Numbered from the stretch's first letter, positions 29,149 through 39,417 are shown. The stretch: DNA of 55,667 nt from Methanobacteriota archaeon (GCA_018650165.1 JABIGM010000064.1:1-55667), one strand, 5' to 3'. Numbers and translations are program-made. Notes: generated by a model not told the origin, from the letters alone.

Positions 29149-31380
29149 TCACATTGATTCCATACCGTAACCTGTATCTCGCGAACGCTTAATGTTCGAA
29201 AGTCCAGAGGTAAGTCTCTCTTCCATCTTAGAATAATATTCTAGCATATCAGGAGTAACGGTAGGCCTTACACGGGAAATCGCGTCCTCGAAATGACTCT
29301 TTGTTACCTTCTTTTTACCTGCACGCATTGCAATTAGTGCTGCTTCTCTACAAACTGCTTCAATATCCGCTCCTGTGAATCCATCTAAATTGGCTAACAG
29401 ATCTTTCATTGAGAATTTAGATAGTGGCATTCCAGATGAATGGATATCCATTATTATTTCACGAGCAACTTTGTCCGGTGGAGGTACATGCAATACACGC
29501 TCGAAACGACCACTGCGTAACAATGCAGGGTCAATCATCTCAGGCCTGTTTGTTGCAGCCACGATAATTACACCATCTAGGCTCTCTACTCCATCCATAC
29601 TAGCAAGTAGTTGATTCACTACACGATTCGACACATCAGAACCACCAGATTGTGAATTCGATGACCTCATTCCCGCTATTGATTCAAACTCATCAAGGAA
29701 AATTATCGAAGGTGCTGCTTGCTTCGCTTTCTTGAAAATCTCTCTAATGGCTTTCTCAGATTCTCCGACCCATTTAGAAATCAGTTCTGGCCCTTTTATT
29801 GAAATGAAATTTGCTTTCGCTTCATTTGCTATCGCTTTGGCTAGTAATGTTTTACCGGTACCGGGTGCGCCGAATAGAACAATTCCTCGAGGAGGTTTAA
29901 TTCCAAAGTGTTCGAATAATTTTGGTTTTGTCAATGGCCATTCGACACTTTCTTTCAACCTGTCTTTAATTTCAACAAGGCCTCCGACACTCTCCCATGA
30001 AACATCTGGGATTTCGACATAAATTTCGCGCAGTGCACTCGGTTCTATTTCGCGAATTGCGATTCGGAAATCGTCCATTCGAACTTCCATTTTCTCAAGA
30101 ACTTCAGGCGGAATTGTCTCTTCTTCCAAATCAATTTCTGGCAAATAACGTCGAAGTGCTTTCATTGCAGATTCTCTAACTAAAGCTGCTAAATCCGCAC
30201 CAACAAATCCATATGAATTTTCTAAAACCCAATCAACATCAAAATCATCTGCTATTGGCATCTGTCTGATGTGTACATCAAGAATCTCTTTTCTTCCTTC
30301 ACGGTCAGGAACACCTATCTCGATTTCACGGTCGAAACGTCCTGGTCTGCGCAATGCAGGGTCCATGGCATCTCTGCGATTTGTTGCGCCGATGACTATG
30401 ACATTGTCTCTACCTTGCATTCCATCCATCAGTGTTAGCATTTGTGCTACCACTCTGCGTTCCACTTCTCCACTGACATCTTCTCTCTTAGGAGCAATCG
30501 AATCAATTTCATCAATGAATATAATTGCAGGAGCATTATTTGCGGCTTCATCGAAAATTTCACGCAATTGCTTTTCGGATTCCCCGTAATACTTTGAAAT
30601 GATTTCGGGACCATTTATCGAAGTAAAATGTGCATTGGTCTCAGTAGCGACCGCCTTTGCAATCATTGTTTTTCCAGTGCCCGGTGGGCCGTGCAACAAT
30701 ACTCCTTTTGGCGGATCTATCCCTAATCGCCTGAACAATTCAGGATGCTTCAATGGCAATTCAATCATTTCTCTAACTTTCAATAACTGTGAACCAATTC
30801 CACCAATGTCTTCGTATGTTATTCCTTGAGATTGCCCAGCATCCTCGTCATCGATCGCTTCATCTTTGATTACAATATCAGTATCTGAATTTACTTGAAC
30901 TATTCCTTTTGGAGTGGTCTGCAATACTGCAAACGGCAAAGCCTCTGCGAATAGTGTCATGCCGGGAATAAAAATCCGGTCTCCTGCAACTACTGGCCTC
31001 TTGTTAAGACCTCGACGAGCAAAACCTTCAATGCCTGGGCCAAATTTCACTTTTTGCTTATTCGCCATTACTGGAGATAGTACTAATTTTGTACAAATTT
31101 TGGCATCGACCTTGGAAACGGTTACTCTATCTCCCAGACTAACACCTGCATTTTTCCGGATAATTCCATCGACTCGAATGATGTCCATCTTTGCATCTTC
31201 AGGTCTGCTTCGCCAATAGATTGCTGCAGTTGAACGGTTCTCACCTTTAATTTCAATAATATCGCCCGGTTTTAGGTCTAAACTATTCTCTCCCGATATA
31301 CGGGCGCGGCCGTGGCCTACATCACTCGGTATAGCCTTTGATACCTTCAACGATATTGATTCCGAATCTTTGTCAGACAT
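29149..31380 (-). CDS. cdc48: AAA+ ATPase CDC48/VAT
   Basis: N-domain; D1 [23 protein letters not shown]; D2 [22 protein letters not shown]. Confidence 0.97.
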   Translation of the reverse strand: MSDKDSESISLKVSKAIPSDVGHGRARISGENSLDLKPGDIIEIKGENRSTAAIYWRSRPEDAKMDIIRVDGIIRKNAGVSLGDRVTVSKVDAKICTKLVLSPVMANKQKVKFGPGIEGFARRGLNKRPVVAGDRIFIPGMTLFAEALPFAVLQTTPKGIVQVNSDTDIVIKDEAIDDEDAGQSQGITYEDIGGIGSQLLKVREMIELPLKHPELFRRLGIDPPKGVLLHGPPGTGKTMIAKAVATETNAHFTSINGPEIISKYYGESEKQLREIFDEAANNAPAIIFIDEIDSIAPKREDVSGEVERRVVAQMLTLMDGMQGRDNVIVIGATNRRDAMDPALRRPGRFDREIEIGVPDREGRKEILDVHIRQMPIADDFDVDWVLENSYGFVGADLAALVRESAMKALRRYLPEIDLEEETIPPEVLEKMEVRMDDFRIAIREIEPSALREIYVEIPDVSWESVGGLVEIKDRLKESVEWPLTKPKLFEHFGIKPPRGIVLFGAPGTGKTLLAKAIANEAKANFISIKGPELISKWVGESEKAIREIFKKAKQAAPSIIFLDEFESIAGMRSSNSQSGGSDVSNRVVNQLLASMDGVESLDGVIIVAATNRPEMIDPALLRSGRFERVLHVPPPDKVAREIIMDIHSSGMPLSKFSMKDLLANLDGFTGADIEAVCREAALIAMRAGKKKVTKSHFEDAISRVRPTVTPDMLEYYSKMEERLTSGLSNIKRSRDTGYGMESM

Positions 31381-31426
31381 GGATGACCCCCTCCGGGTAA
31401 TTCTTCTTCAACCTCGGTATCACTTT

Positions 31427-31456
31427 AATCCACGCATCTAATGCAAGCGGTGGATT
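31427..31456. promoter_or_regulatory. Imperfect palindrome AATCCAC-GCAT-cta-ATGC-aagcg-GTGGATT in the cdc48/ALDH divergent promoter
   Basis: 7-bp outer and 4-bp inner inverted repeats, overlapping TTTAAT. Confidence 0.45.
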
Positions 31457-31483
31457 CATGTCCTGAACACCAAACGGAAGGCC

Positions 31484-33112
31484 ATGACGCACGTGTTAGA
31501 GTCCGGCCTAGAATTTATGGAAAGTAGTAACCCAGACGATTTGCCAAAGGTCAGAGGTTACAACATCATTAATGGACAATTGAAAACATCATCTGATGGA
31601 AATGTATTCACTAGCAAGAACCCTGCTATGCTAGTTGATGTTCTTGGAGAGTTCCCTCTTTCTACCAGAGATGATGTTCATGAAGCAATCGCTGCTGCTC
31701 GAACTGCACTCGTTGAATGGTCTGCAACTCCAGCACCTACTCGTGGCCAAATCATTGGTAACATGGGACGCCTGCTGATGGAGCATAAAGATGCAATCGT
31801 CGCACTTGAAACTCGTGAAATCGGAAAGACACTGAAGGAATCCGCTGGAAGTGTTCAGGAAGCGATTGATACCTGTTTATTCTTCCAATCTGAAGGTCGC
31901 CGCCTATATGGCCAGACTGTTAATTCAGAATTACCAGATAAGGAATTATCCACTTACCGTAGACCGTTAGGTGTATGTGGAATTATCAATGCTTGTAACT
32001 TCCCTGCTGCAGTTCCATTCTGGAAAATCATACCTGCATTGATTTGTGGAAATACCTGTGTTTGGAAAAGCCCACAGGATGCACCTCTACTTTCGTTTGC
32101 TCTAGCACGTATTATGCATGAAGCAGGATTACCAGACGGTGTAGTAAATCTGGTTCATGGAAAGGGAAGTGGCGCTGGGCAATATATTGTTGATGCTGTT
32201 GATGAGGGATTGATCAATAAAATTTCATTTACAGGTAGTACTGAAGTTGGAAAAGCAATCGGTGAAGTCTGTGGAAGAAACTTGGTATCCTGTAGCCTAG
32301 AATTGGGTGGAAAGAACCCTCAGGTTGTAATGCCATCAGCCGATATTGACAATGCTGTCGAAGGTGCATATTGGGGCGGGTTTGGTACTGCAGGACAACG
32401 ATGTACTAGCCTAGGTAATCTAATTCTCCACCAAGATATTTATGATGAATTTATGGAGAAATTAATGGCTAAGGTAAAGAGTACCCGTATCGGAGATTCT
32501 CTACGTCATGAAAATGTTCTATACGGTCCAATGCTATCTGAAAAATACGCTAAGGATTTCCTGAAAGGAATCGAGATGGTTGAGGCTGATGGCGCTGCAA
32601 AATTGTGGGGTCGTGGACGAATCTCTAGTGGTAATACTCCAGATAACTTCCTGGGAACTCCTGAAGATGGAGTATACATGTGGCCACACGTTTTTGCAGA
32701 TGTCACTGAAGATATGAAGTGCTTCCACGAGGAAGTTTTCGGTCCTGCGATTACAATTGTAAAGGCGAAGGATTTCGATCACGCTTTACATCTTGCAAAC
32801 GCTTCTCCTTACGGGCTTTCAAGTTCGATTTACACCAATGATCGTCTTGAAGCATACCGCTACAAAATAGGGATTAAGGCTGGAATGACTGGAATTAATA
32901 ATTCAACCACTGGGGCTGAAGCACACCTACCATTTGGTGGAGTGAAAGGTAGCGGTAATGGAACTAGAGAATCCGGAATTTGGGTTATCGAAGCTTACTC
33001 TTATTGGCATGCGGTAAATGATGAACTATCCGGGAAGTTACAACTGGCTCAAATGGATGTTGATGATGTTGAGATGATTGAAGCAGAAGTGGATTACTCC
33101 TCTCTTGCTTAA
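31484..33112 (+). CDS. NAD(P)-dependent aldehyde dehydrogenase
   Basis: NFP, SFTGSTEVG, catalytic LELGGKNP and GQRCTS, EEVFGP, HLPFGGVKGSG. Confidence 0.93.
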   Translation: MTHVLESGLEFMESSNPDDLPKVRGYNIINGQLKTSSDGNVFTSKNPAMLVDVLGEFPLSTRDDVHEAIAAARTALVEWSATPAPTRGQIIGNMGRLLMEHKDAIVALETREIGKTLKESAGSVQEAIDTCLFFQSEGRRLYGQTVNSELPDKELSTYRRPLGVCGIINACNFPAAVPFWKIIPALICGNTCVWKSPQDAPLLSFALARIMHEAGLPDGVVNLVHGKGSGAGQYIVDAVDEGLINKISFTGSTEVGKAIGEVCGRNLVSCSLELGGKNPQVVMPSADIDNAVEGAYWGGFGTAGQRCTSLGNLILHQDIYDEFMEKLMAKVKSTRIGDSLRHENVLYGPMLSEKYAKDFLKGIEMVEADGAAKLWGRGRISSGNTPDNFLGTPEDGVYMWPHVFADVTEDMKCFHEEVFGPAITIVKAKDFDHALHLANASPYGLSSSIYTNDRLEAYRYKIGIKAGMTGINNSTTGAEAHLPFGGVKGSGNGTRESGIWVIEAYSYWHAVNDELSGKLQLAQMDVDDVEMIEAEVDYSSLA

Positions 33113-33156
33113 TGTGGGCTTAGGCATATTATCAAAAACCTAAGTCACTAGGACCC

Positions 33157-33167
33157 CCCCATAGGGG
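33157..33167. repeat. Weak hairpin CCCC-ATA-GGGG (possible degenerate family copy)
   Basis: 4-bp stem 7 nt before the GTG of the SDH anchor; the GGGG arm doubles as an SD-like site. Confidence 0.3.
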
Positions 33168-33174
33168 AATTGTT

Positions 33175-34032
33175 GTGGTTGAACCAAGACATCTGCCAAT
33201 GGAAAGGGGATTCGGAAAAACTGAACGAATGGATAGTTGGTGGAAGTCCCCATTAGCAATGGCAATTTATCTCGGACTTGCAGTTACATACGCCACTTGG
33301 CGAGGTTTTATGGAAGCCGATTTCTGGATTTTTAGTGAGTTCGGATTATCTGGTGGCAACCAGACTATGGCTATCGAAAATAATGGAAGTCATGTGCTTT
33401 CACCACTATATTCTCCACTGATTATCCCAGGTGCAGATGGTCTTGGATCATGGGTTCCTGAATATCTTTGGTGGATGAGTCCGGCAATGTTTATTTTATT
33501 CATTCCAGCTGGGTTTAGAGGAACATGCTACTACTATCGTAAGGCATACTACCGCTCTTTCATGGCTAACCCAGTAGGATGTGCAGTAAGTACACCCTAT
33601 GACAATTATAATGGCGAACGTCGACTATTCTTATTCCAAAATTTACATCGTTATTTCATGTATCTTGCAGTTGCATATCTCTTCATCCTTGGCTATGATG
33701 TTTGGATGGCTACACAATTTCATGAAAGTGGATCTCCTGATTCATTTGGAGTATCTGTAGGAACTCTTGTTCTTCTTCTCAATGTAATTCTTCTTGGAGG
33801 ATATACACTTGGCTGCCACTCATTCCGTCATGCTATTGGTGGAATTAGAAACAAATTCAGAAACGGTGGAGGCGCTGTTGCTGAAGCATGTTGGAAGAGT
33901 TGTACTAAACTAAACAAGCACCACAATAAGTGGGCCATTTATTCTCTCTTCTGGGTTATGTTCTCAGACTTTTACGTCTATGCATGTACGGAAGGCTGGT
34001 GGACAGATGTCGTTCTATTCGGAGGGATTTGA
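33175..34032 (+). CDS. Succinate dehydrogenase membrane anchor, mycobacterial Sdh1/Rv0249c (type F)-like
   Basis: FRGTCYYYRKAYYRSF, QNLHRYF, YTLGCHSFRH, LNKHH motifs; directly upstream of sdhA (TGATG overlap). Confidence 0.8.
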   Translation: MVEPRHLPMERGFGKTERMDSWWKSPLAMAIYLGLAVTYATWRGFMEADFWIFSEFGLSGGNQTMAIENNGSHVLSPLYSPLIIPGADGLGSWVPEYLWWMSPAMFILFIPAGFRGTCYYYRKAYYRSFMANPVGCAVSTPYDNYNGERRLFLFQNLHRYFMYLAVAYLFILGYDVWMATQFHESGSPDSFGVSVGTLVLLLNVILLGGYTLGCHSFRHAIGGIRNKFRNGGGAVAEACWKSCTKLNKHHNKWAIYSLFWVMFSDFYVYACTEGWWTDVVLFGGI

Positions 34033-35861
34033 TGAGCGAATATGAAACCCATGAATATGACGTCATCGTCATTGGAGCTGGTGGAGCCGGTCTAAGAGCT
34101 GCTATTGAAGCCGCACGCAGTGGTGCTAAGACTGCAATTATTTGCAAATCATTACTTGGTAAGGCACATACTGTAATGGCTGAAGGCGGTGCTGCTGCTG
34201 CTCTTGGAAATGCAGATGATAGAGATGGCTGGAAAGTCCACTTCAAAGATACCATGAAGGGTGGAAAGTACCTCAACAATTGGCGAATGGCACAAATTCA
34301 TGCTCAAGAGTCCGCAGATAGAATCCGTGAACTTGAACAATGGGGCGCTGTCTTTGATAGAACCCCGGCTGGATTAATCAATCAGAGAAACTTTGGTGGG
34401 CATACTTACCCACGTTTGGCCCACGTTGCAGATTCCACAGGTCTAGAGATCATTAGAACTCTACAAGAAAAGGGAATCCATTCAGGCATTGATATATTCA
34501 TGGAATATACAGTAAGCCATCTACTGCAAGATGATGACGGAACTTGTACTGGCTGTGTTGCTTACAATAGAGTAGATGGAGCAATGCATGCTTACTCTGC
34601 AAAATCAACAATTTTGGCAACTGGTGGAATCACACGATGCTGGTCTGTATGTTCTGGCTCTTGGGAATACACTGGCGATGGTCATGCTCTGGCATTGAAT
34701 GCTGGTGCTGAATTAATCGACATGGAATTTGTTCAATTCCATCCTACTGGAATGGTCTGGCCACCGAGTGTTAGAGGAATTCTAGTAACTGAAGGTGTAC
34801 GTGGTGAAGGAGGAGTTCTACGAAATTCTGAAGGTAAGAGATTCATGTTCGACAATGTTCCAGAGATGTTCAAAGGTGACCACGCTGAAACTGAAGAAGA
34901 GGCTACTGAATGGGTCAGACAGGTTGTTGCTGGTGAAAAGGCAAGCGTTAGAAGGCCCCCTGAATTACTTACTCGTGACGTAGTTGCTAAGGCGATTAAC
35001 AAAGAAGTTGCTGAAGGAAGAGGCTCGACTCATGGCGGCGCATATCTTGACATTGCAAACCAACGCAGTGCGGAGGAAATTATTGCAAAGTTGCCGAGTA
35101 TGCACCATCAATTTAGAGAACTTGCTGGAGTTGATATCACAAAGGAGCCGATGGAAGTCGGTCCAACTGCTCACTATGTGATGGGCGGAGTTAGAGTCAA
35201 TGCTGAATCTCAAGAATCTACAGTTAGTGGCCTATATGCTGCTGGTGAAGTCTCTAGTGGTTTGCATGGAGCAAACAGACTTGGAGGCAATTCACTCTCG
35301 GATCTAATTGTATTTGGCAAGAGAGCCGGTGAATTTGCTGCAAAGCGTTCTGCAGAAATGTCTCAGCCTGATTTAGACTTGAAGCAAGTTGAATCTGCTA
35401 TTGAAGATAATCTCAGACCTCTGAAAAGAGAGAGTGGCGAAAATCCTGGACGCGTATATGATGAGTTACGCGATATGATGCAAGCCAAGGTTGGGATTAT
35501 TCGAACCGAAGCTGAATTGAAGAGTGCTTTGAAGGATTTAGATACTTTTAGAGAACGAATTCAGAATACAAGTTCTGGCAATTCGATGGTATACAATTCA
35601 GGTTGGCATCAAGCCCTTGATTTACAAAATATGGCTGACATCTCAACTGCTTGTACTCTAGCAGCCCTGACTCGAACAGAAAGCCGTGGTGGACATACCC
35701 GTGATGATTTCCCCGTACCGGATAAAGGAATGTGGAGCCACACTACAAACGTAATTTGGAAAGATGGTGCTGAAGTAAAAATTCGACAAGAAGAATTGGA
35801 TCAGCCTCCCGAAGAATTAGAACAATTACTTGACCGCTCAAAGAAGGAGGCCTCAAAATGA
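34032..35861 (+). CDS. sdhA: Succinate dehydrogenase/fumarate reductase flavoprotein
   Basis: GAGGAGL, KAHTVMAEGG, QFHPTG, TEGVRGEGG, HYVMGG, HGANRLGGNSL. Start ATG 34032. Confidence 0.95.
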   Translation: MSEYETHEYDVIVIGAGGAGLRAAIEAARSGAKTAIICKSLLGKAHTVMAEGGAAAALGNADDRDGWKVHFKDTMKGGKYLNNWRMAQIHAQESADRIRELEQWGAVFDRTPAGLINQRNFGGHTYPRLAHVADSTGLEIIRTLQEKGIHSGIDIFMEYTVSHLLQDDDGTCTGCVAYNRVDGAMHAYSAKSTILATGGITRCWSVCSGSWEYTGDGHALALNAGAELIDMEFVQFHPTGMVWPPSVRGILVTEGVRGEGGVLRNSEGKRFMFDNVPEMFKGDHAETEEEATEWVRQVVAGEKASVRRPPELLTRDVVAKAINKEVAEGRGSTHGGAYLDIANQRSAEEIIAKLPSMHHQFRELAGVDITKEPMEVGPTAHYVMGGVRVNAESQESTVSGLYAAGEVSSGLHGANRLGGNSLSDLIVFGKRAGEFAAKRSAEMSQPDLDLKQVESAIEDNLRPLKRESGENPGRVYDELRDMMQAKVGIIRTEAELKSALKDLDTFRERIQNTSSGNSMVYNSGWHQALDLQNMADISTACTLAALTRTESRGGHTRDDFPVPDKGMWSHTTNVIWKDGAEVKIRQEELDQPPEELEQLLDRSKKEASK

Positions 35862-36613
35862 CTGACATTAAGATGAGAGTATTTAGAGGCCAAGAAGGCG
35901 AAGGCGAATTAGAAGAATACGATGTGAAATTGGATGAAGGAATGGTACTCTTAGATGCCATACACCGTATTCAGCATGAACAAGAACCTGACCTCTCTTG
36001 CCGTTGGAATTGTAAAGCGGGCAAATGTGGCTCGTGCAGTGCAGAAATAAATGGTAAACCGCAATTGATGTGCATGACTCGTATGAGTGATGTTATTGAG
36101 GAAACCCCTGAAGATGAAATCATCACGGTTCGTCCAATGCGTACTTTCCCCCATGTCAGAGATTTGGTAACTGATGTATCATGGAATTATGAGATGGCTG
36201 AAGCGGTTGCTCCAATCAAAGGACCTGAAGAAGCAGATTGGGAATTTAGTCAATTTGAGGCAACAAGGGCCCAAGAGTTCAGAATGTGTATTGAATGTTT
36301 TATCTGCCAAGATACTTGTCACGTATTGAGGGAATACCAGAAATTCGATGTATTTGGGGGACCTAGAACCCTTGTTCGTCTAGCGAACTTTGAGATGCAC
36401 CCGATGGATCAAGAAGACAGAGTTCCAGAAATAAAAGAAGAATTTGGAATTGGTTACTGTAACATCACAAAATGTTGTACAGACGTCTGCCCCGCTGGAA
36501 TTAATATCACAGATAATGCAATTATTCCTCTCAAAGAACGTGTTGTAGACCGCTATTATGACCCTCTAAAGAGAATCTGGAGAAAAATTACTGGCTCTAA
36601 CCTCAGAATGTGA
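35858..36613 (+). CDS. sdhB: Succinate dehydrogenase iron-sulfur subunit
   Basis: CRWNCKAGKCGSC, CIECFICQDTC, CNITKCCTDVCP. Confidence 0.95.
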   Translation: MTDIKMRVFRGQEGEGELEEYDVKLDEGMVLLDAIHRIQHEQEPDLSCRWNCKAGKCGSCSAEINGKPQLMCMTRMSDVIEETPEDEIITVRPMRTFPHVRDLVTDVSWNYEMAEAVAPIKGPEEADWEFSQFEATRAQEFRMCIECFICQDTCHVLREYQKFDVFGGPRTLVRLANFEMHPMDQEDRVPEIKEEFGIGYCNITKCCTDVCPAGINITDNAIIPLKERVVDRYYDPLKRIWRKITGSNLRM

Positions 36614-36627
36614 ACTCATTTTTAAGA

Positions 36628-36647
36628 AAGTTCAAACTATTGAACTT
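36628..36647. terminator. AT-rich hairpin AAGTTCAA-acta-TTGAACTT at the convergent sdhB/BCCP ends
   Basis: Perfect 8-bp inverted repeat preceded by a T-run; terminator function is inference only. Confidence 0.3.
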
Positions 36648-37092
36648 CTAGTAAAGATAGTAATTCAGTACCCTGTTCTACCTGGTCGCCTGGATTGAAA
36701 AATATTGACTCTATGACACCATCACTACCTGCTGTGATTTTGTGTTCCATCTTCATAGCCTCCATTATCACCAAAGTATCACCCGCAGATACACTTTGCC
36801 CAACTTTGACATGAACTTCGAGTATCTTGCCCGGCATAGGAGCAGTTAATCCTTTATCATCATCTAAACCTGTCGCTCCCGGTTCAATCACTTCATACTG
36901 AAGCGTGTGCCCCAGTACATGAACCCACCATACATCTGCAATTTTTGTTACAGTAGCTTTGTGTTTTTTTCCATTTACTTCAAGCCATAATTCCTCATTT
37001 GCATGAAGAATAAGTTCATCGTAAACGAAAGTGGAACCTTCTCTTTGAAGATCAATCTCAACGAGATTACCTCCGGACTTGAACTCCATCAA
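36637..37092 (-). CDS. Biotin carboxyl carrier protein with BT-like N-domain
   Basis: APMPGKIL, EAMKME biotinylation motif. Confidence 0.92.
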   Translation of the reverse strand: MMEFKSGGNLVEIDLQREGSTFVYDELILHANEELWLEVNGKKHKATVTKIADVWWVHVLGHTLQYEVIEPGATGLDDDKGLTAPMPGKILEVHVKVGQSVSAGDTLVIMEAMKMEHKITAGSDGVIESIFFNPGDQVEQGTELLSLLEVQ

Positions 37093-38576
37093 GGGAACCT
37101 CCTGCTGATTGTTGAAAAGGGCGATGGCGCTCGTGATTGAGTGGTTTCAAATGAAATTGTTCGACCGAAATTTATCGATTCGCATGCACCTGCAATTAGT
37201 AAGCCAGCATCAGAAATTATCGGATCTAGACTTGGCATCCATCCATTTGGCCAAAGTTTCTCTATCATGTCTGTTGTTGTCCACCCATCTACTACATCGG
37301 GATGGTCACATAATTCACGTAGGAATCTGATATTGGTAATACAACCAAGAATTACAAATTCATCTAGGGCTCTACCCATCCTCTGAAGTGCCTCCTCCCT
37401 AGATGGTGCCCAGACAATTAGTTTGGCTAGCATTGGGTCGTAATCAGGAGTTACATCATCTCCTTCTCGCACTCCTGTATCCAAACGCACCCCTGGACCT
37501 GTTGGTGCAATAAAGCGCTTTAATTTACCAATGGCAGGAAGAAAATTATTCGATGGGTCTTCGGCATAAAGTCTGACTTCAATCGCATGACCTCGCATTG
37601 CCAATGGGCCACAGCTCATCGGTTTCCCGCCTGCTATTCGCAATTGTTCTCTAACTAAATCAACACCAGTCACCATCTCTGTAACTGGATGTTCGACCTG
37701 GATTCGAGTATTCATCTCTAAAAAGAAAAATTCACCAGATGGCGTTACTAGAAATTCAACAGTTCCGGCACCTTCGTAGTTTACCGCTTCTGCCGCTGCA
37801 CAAGCAGCCTGGCCCATCGATTCACGTAATTCTGCATCCAGTGCTACACTCGGAGACTCTTCAAACACCTTTTGGTGCCTTCTCTGAACACTACATTCTC
37901 TCTCTCCAAGATGAATCGTGCGGCCATACTTATCGGCAAGAACTTGAATCTCAATATGTCGGCTTCCCGTGAGGAGTCTCTCTACATAGATGCGGTCATC
38001 TCCGAATGCATTCAAAGCCTCCCTCATAGCCGCTTTAGCTTCACTCTCAAGGTTTGCAGCATCATGAACCGCACGCATTCCTTTACCGCCTCCACCTGAT
38101 GTAGCCTTGAGCAATAGTGGATATCCAACCAAGGGGGCTACCGCAAGAACTTCTTCTAATCCTCCTTCGACTTCTTTTCCTGGAATCACAGGAACTCCTG
38201 CTGCCTTCATGGTGATTCTCGCAGTCATTTTGTCTCCCATCTTAGTAATTGCAGCAGGCGAAGGCCCTACCCAGATCAACCCCGCATCCATTACCGCTTG
38301 TGCAAAATCGGCCCTCTCGGAAAGAAAACCGAAGCCGGGATGAATCGAATCGCAATCATTTGCAATTGCTATATCAAGAATTTGTTGTTGATTAAGATAG
38401 GTTTCAGCAAGCCCTTCTCCCTCCAATTGGATTGCAGTATCTGCAAGTTCGGTGAAGAGAGTCCCTGTGTCATTAGTTGCATGAATTGCAACTCCTTCTA
38501 TTCCTGCTTCTTTGCAAGCACGTAATATTCGGCATGCAATCTCACCGCGATTTGCGACAAGAGTGCGCTTAAGCAT
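37089..38576 (-). CDS. Biotin carboxylase subunit of an acyl-CoA carboxylase (MCC alpha, BC part)
   Basis: LVANRGEIACR, HPGFGFLSE, GGGGKGMR, ECSVQRRHQK, EMNTRIQVEHPVTE, YDPMLAKL. Confidence 0.93.
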   Translation of the reverse strand: MLKRTLVANRGEIACRILRACKEAGIEGVAIHATNDTGTLFTELADTAIQLEGEGLAETYLNQQQILDIAIANDCDSIHPGFGFLSERADFAQAVMDAGLIWVGPSPAAITKMGDKMTARITMKAAGVPVIPGKEVEGGLEEVLAVAPLVGYPLLLKATSGGGGKGMRAVHDAANLESEAKAAMREALNAFGDDRIYVERLLTGSRHIEIQVLADKYGRTIHLGERECSVQRRHQKVFEESPSVALDAELRESMGQAACAAAEAVNYEGAGTVEFLVTPSGEFFFLEMNTRIQVEHPVTEMVTGVDLVREQLRIAGGKPMSCGPLAMRGHAIEVRLYAEDPSNNFLPAIGKLKRFIAPTGPGVRLDTGVREGDDVTPDYDPMLAKLIVWAPSREEALQRMGRALDEFVILGCITNIRFLRELCDHPDVVDGWTTTDMIEKLWPNGWMPSLDPIISDAGLLIAGACESINFGRTISFETTQSRAPSPFSTISRRFP

Positions 38577-38580
38577 CTAA

Positions 38581-39417
38581 TCACTCCTCGGGCTTCCAAT
38601 TAGCACTACGTTTCTCTAAAAATGAGGTTAGACCTTCTTGTCCTTCATCACTTCCGCGCATTCTACTAGTGAAATCGAGTGTCCACAACCGTAGTGATTC
38701 ATCATCACTGCCCCATCTATCAAAACCAAGTGTCAATTCTTTAGCAGCAGTTACTGCAGATGGCCCTGTAGAAAGCACTTCAGTGATTACCTTCGAAATA
38801 TCGAGTGTGTTGTCAACTGCATCGACCATTCCAATGCGTAAAGCTTCAGTGGCATCCATTCTACCTGCTAACATTGCATGGCGGCGGAAATTAGCACTAC
38901 CCACTCGTCGGTAGACATACGGGCCAATTACCGCTGGTAGAATTCCCAATTTGCCTTCTGACAAAGCAATCTTCGCATCCGACTTGCAACTCACATGATC
39001 AAGACATGCAATCAATCCCGCCCCCCCTCCGAGGGCGACTCCCTGAATCATCCCAATTGTGAAACAGGGGTGGGACCAAAGGCCGTTGAAAAGTGAATCA
39101 AGTCTTTCAGAATCTGTGCGGTTTTCTTCCGGGGTATTAGCACCTGCATCCCTCATCATATTGATATCGGCACCGGCACAGAAATGCTTGCCTTGACCGG
39201 ACAGAGTTAGAACTCTGAGGAATGGTGTTCCATCATCTGCTACCAGTTTACCTGTAACTCCAACTGAATTTTGAGCAGTCCAAGAAAATATTTCGATTAA
39301 CTCGGTAATCATCTGTACATTTAGAGCGTTATATTTGTCTGGACGGGCCAAGATAATGTGTGCAACACTACCTTCTATTTCCAATTGAATAAGTGAAGTT
39401 TCGGGTTGGTTTATCAT
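38581..39417 (-). CDS. liuC: Enoyl-CoA hydratase, probable methylglutaconyl-CoA hydratase
   Basis: FCAGADINMM, GVALGGGAGL, LSEGKLGILPAVIGPYV; sits within the carboxylase operon. Confidence 0.75.
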   Translation of the reverse strand: MINQPETSLIQLEIEGSVAHIILARPDKYNALNVQMITELIEIFSWTAQNSVGVTGKLVADDGTPFLRVLTLSGQGKHFCAGADINMMRDAGANTPEENRTDSERLDSLFNGLWSHPCFTIGMIQGVALGGGAGLIACLDHVSCKSDAKIALSEGKLGILPAVIGPYVYRRVGSANFRRHAMLAGRMDATEALRIGMVDAVDNTLDISKVITEVLSTGPSAVTAAKELTLGFDRWGSDDESLRLWTLDFTSRMRGSDEGQEGLTSFLEKRSANWKPEE

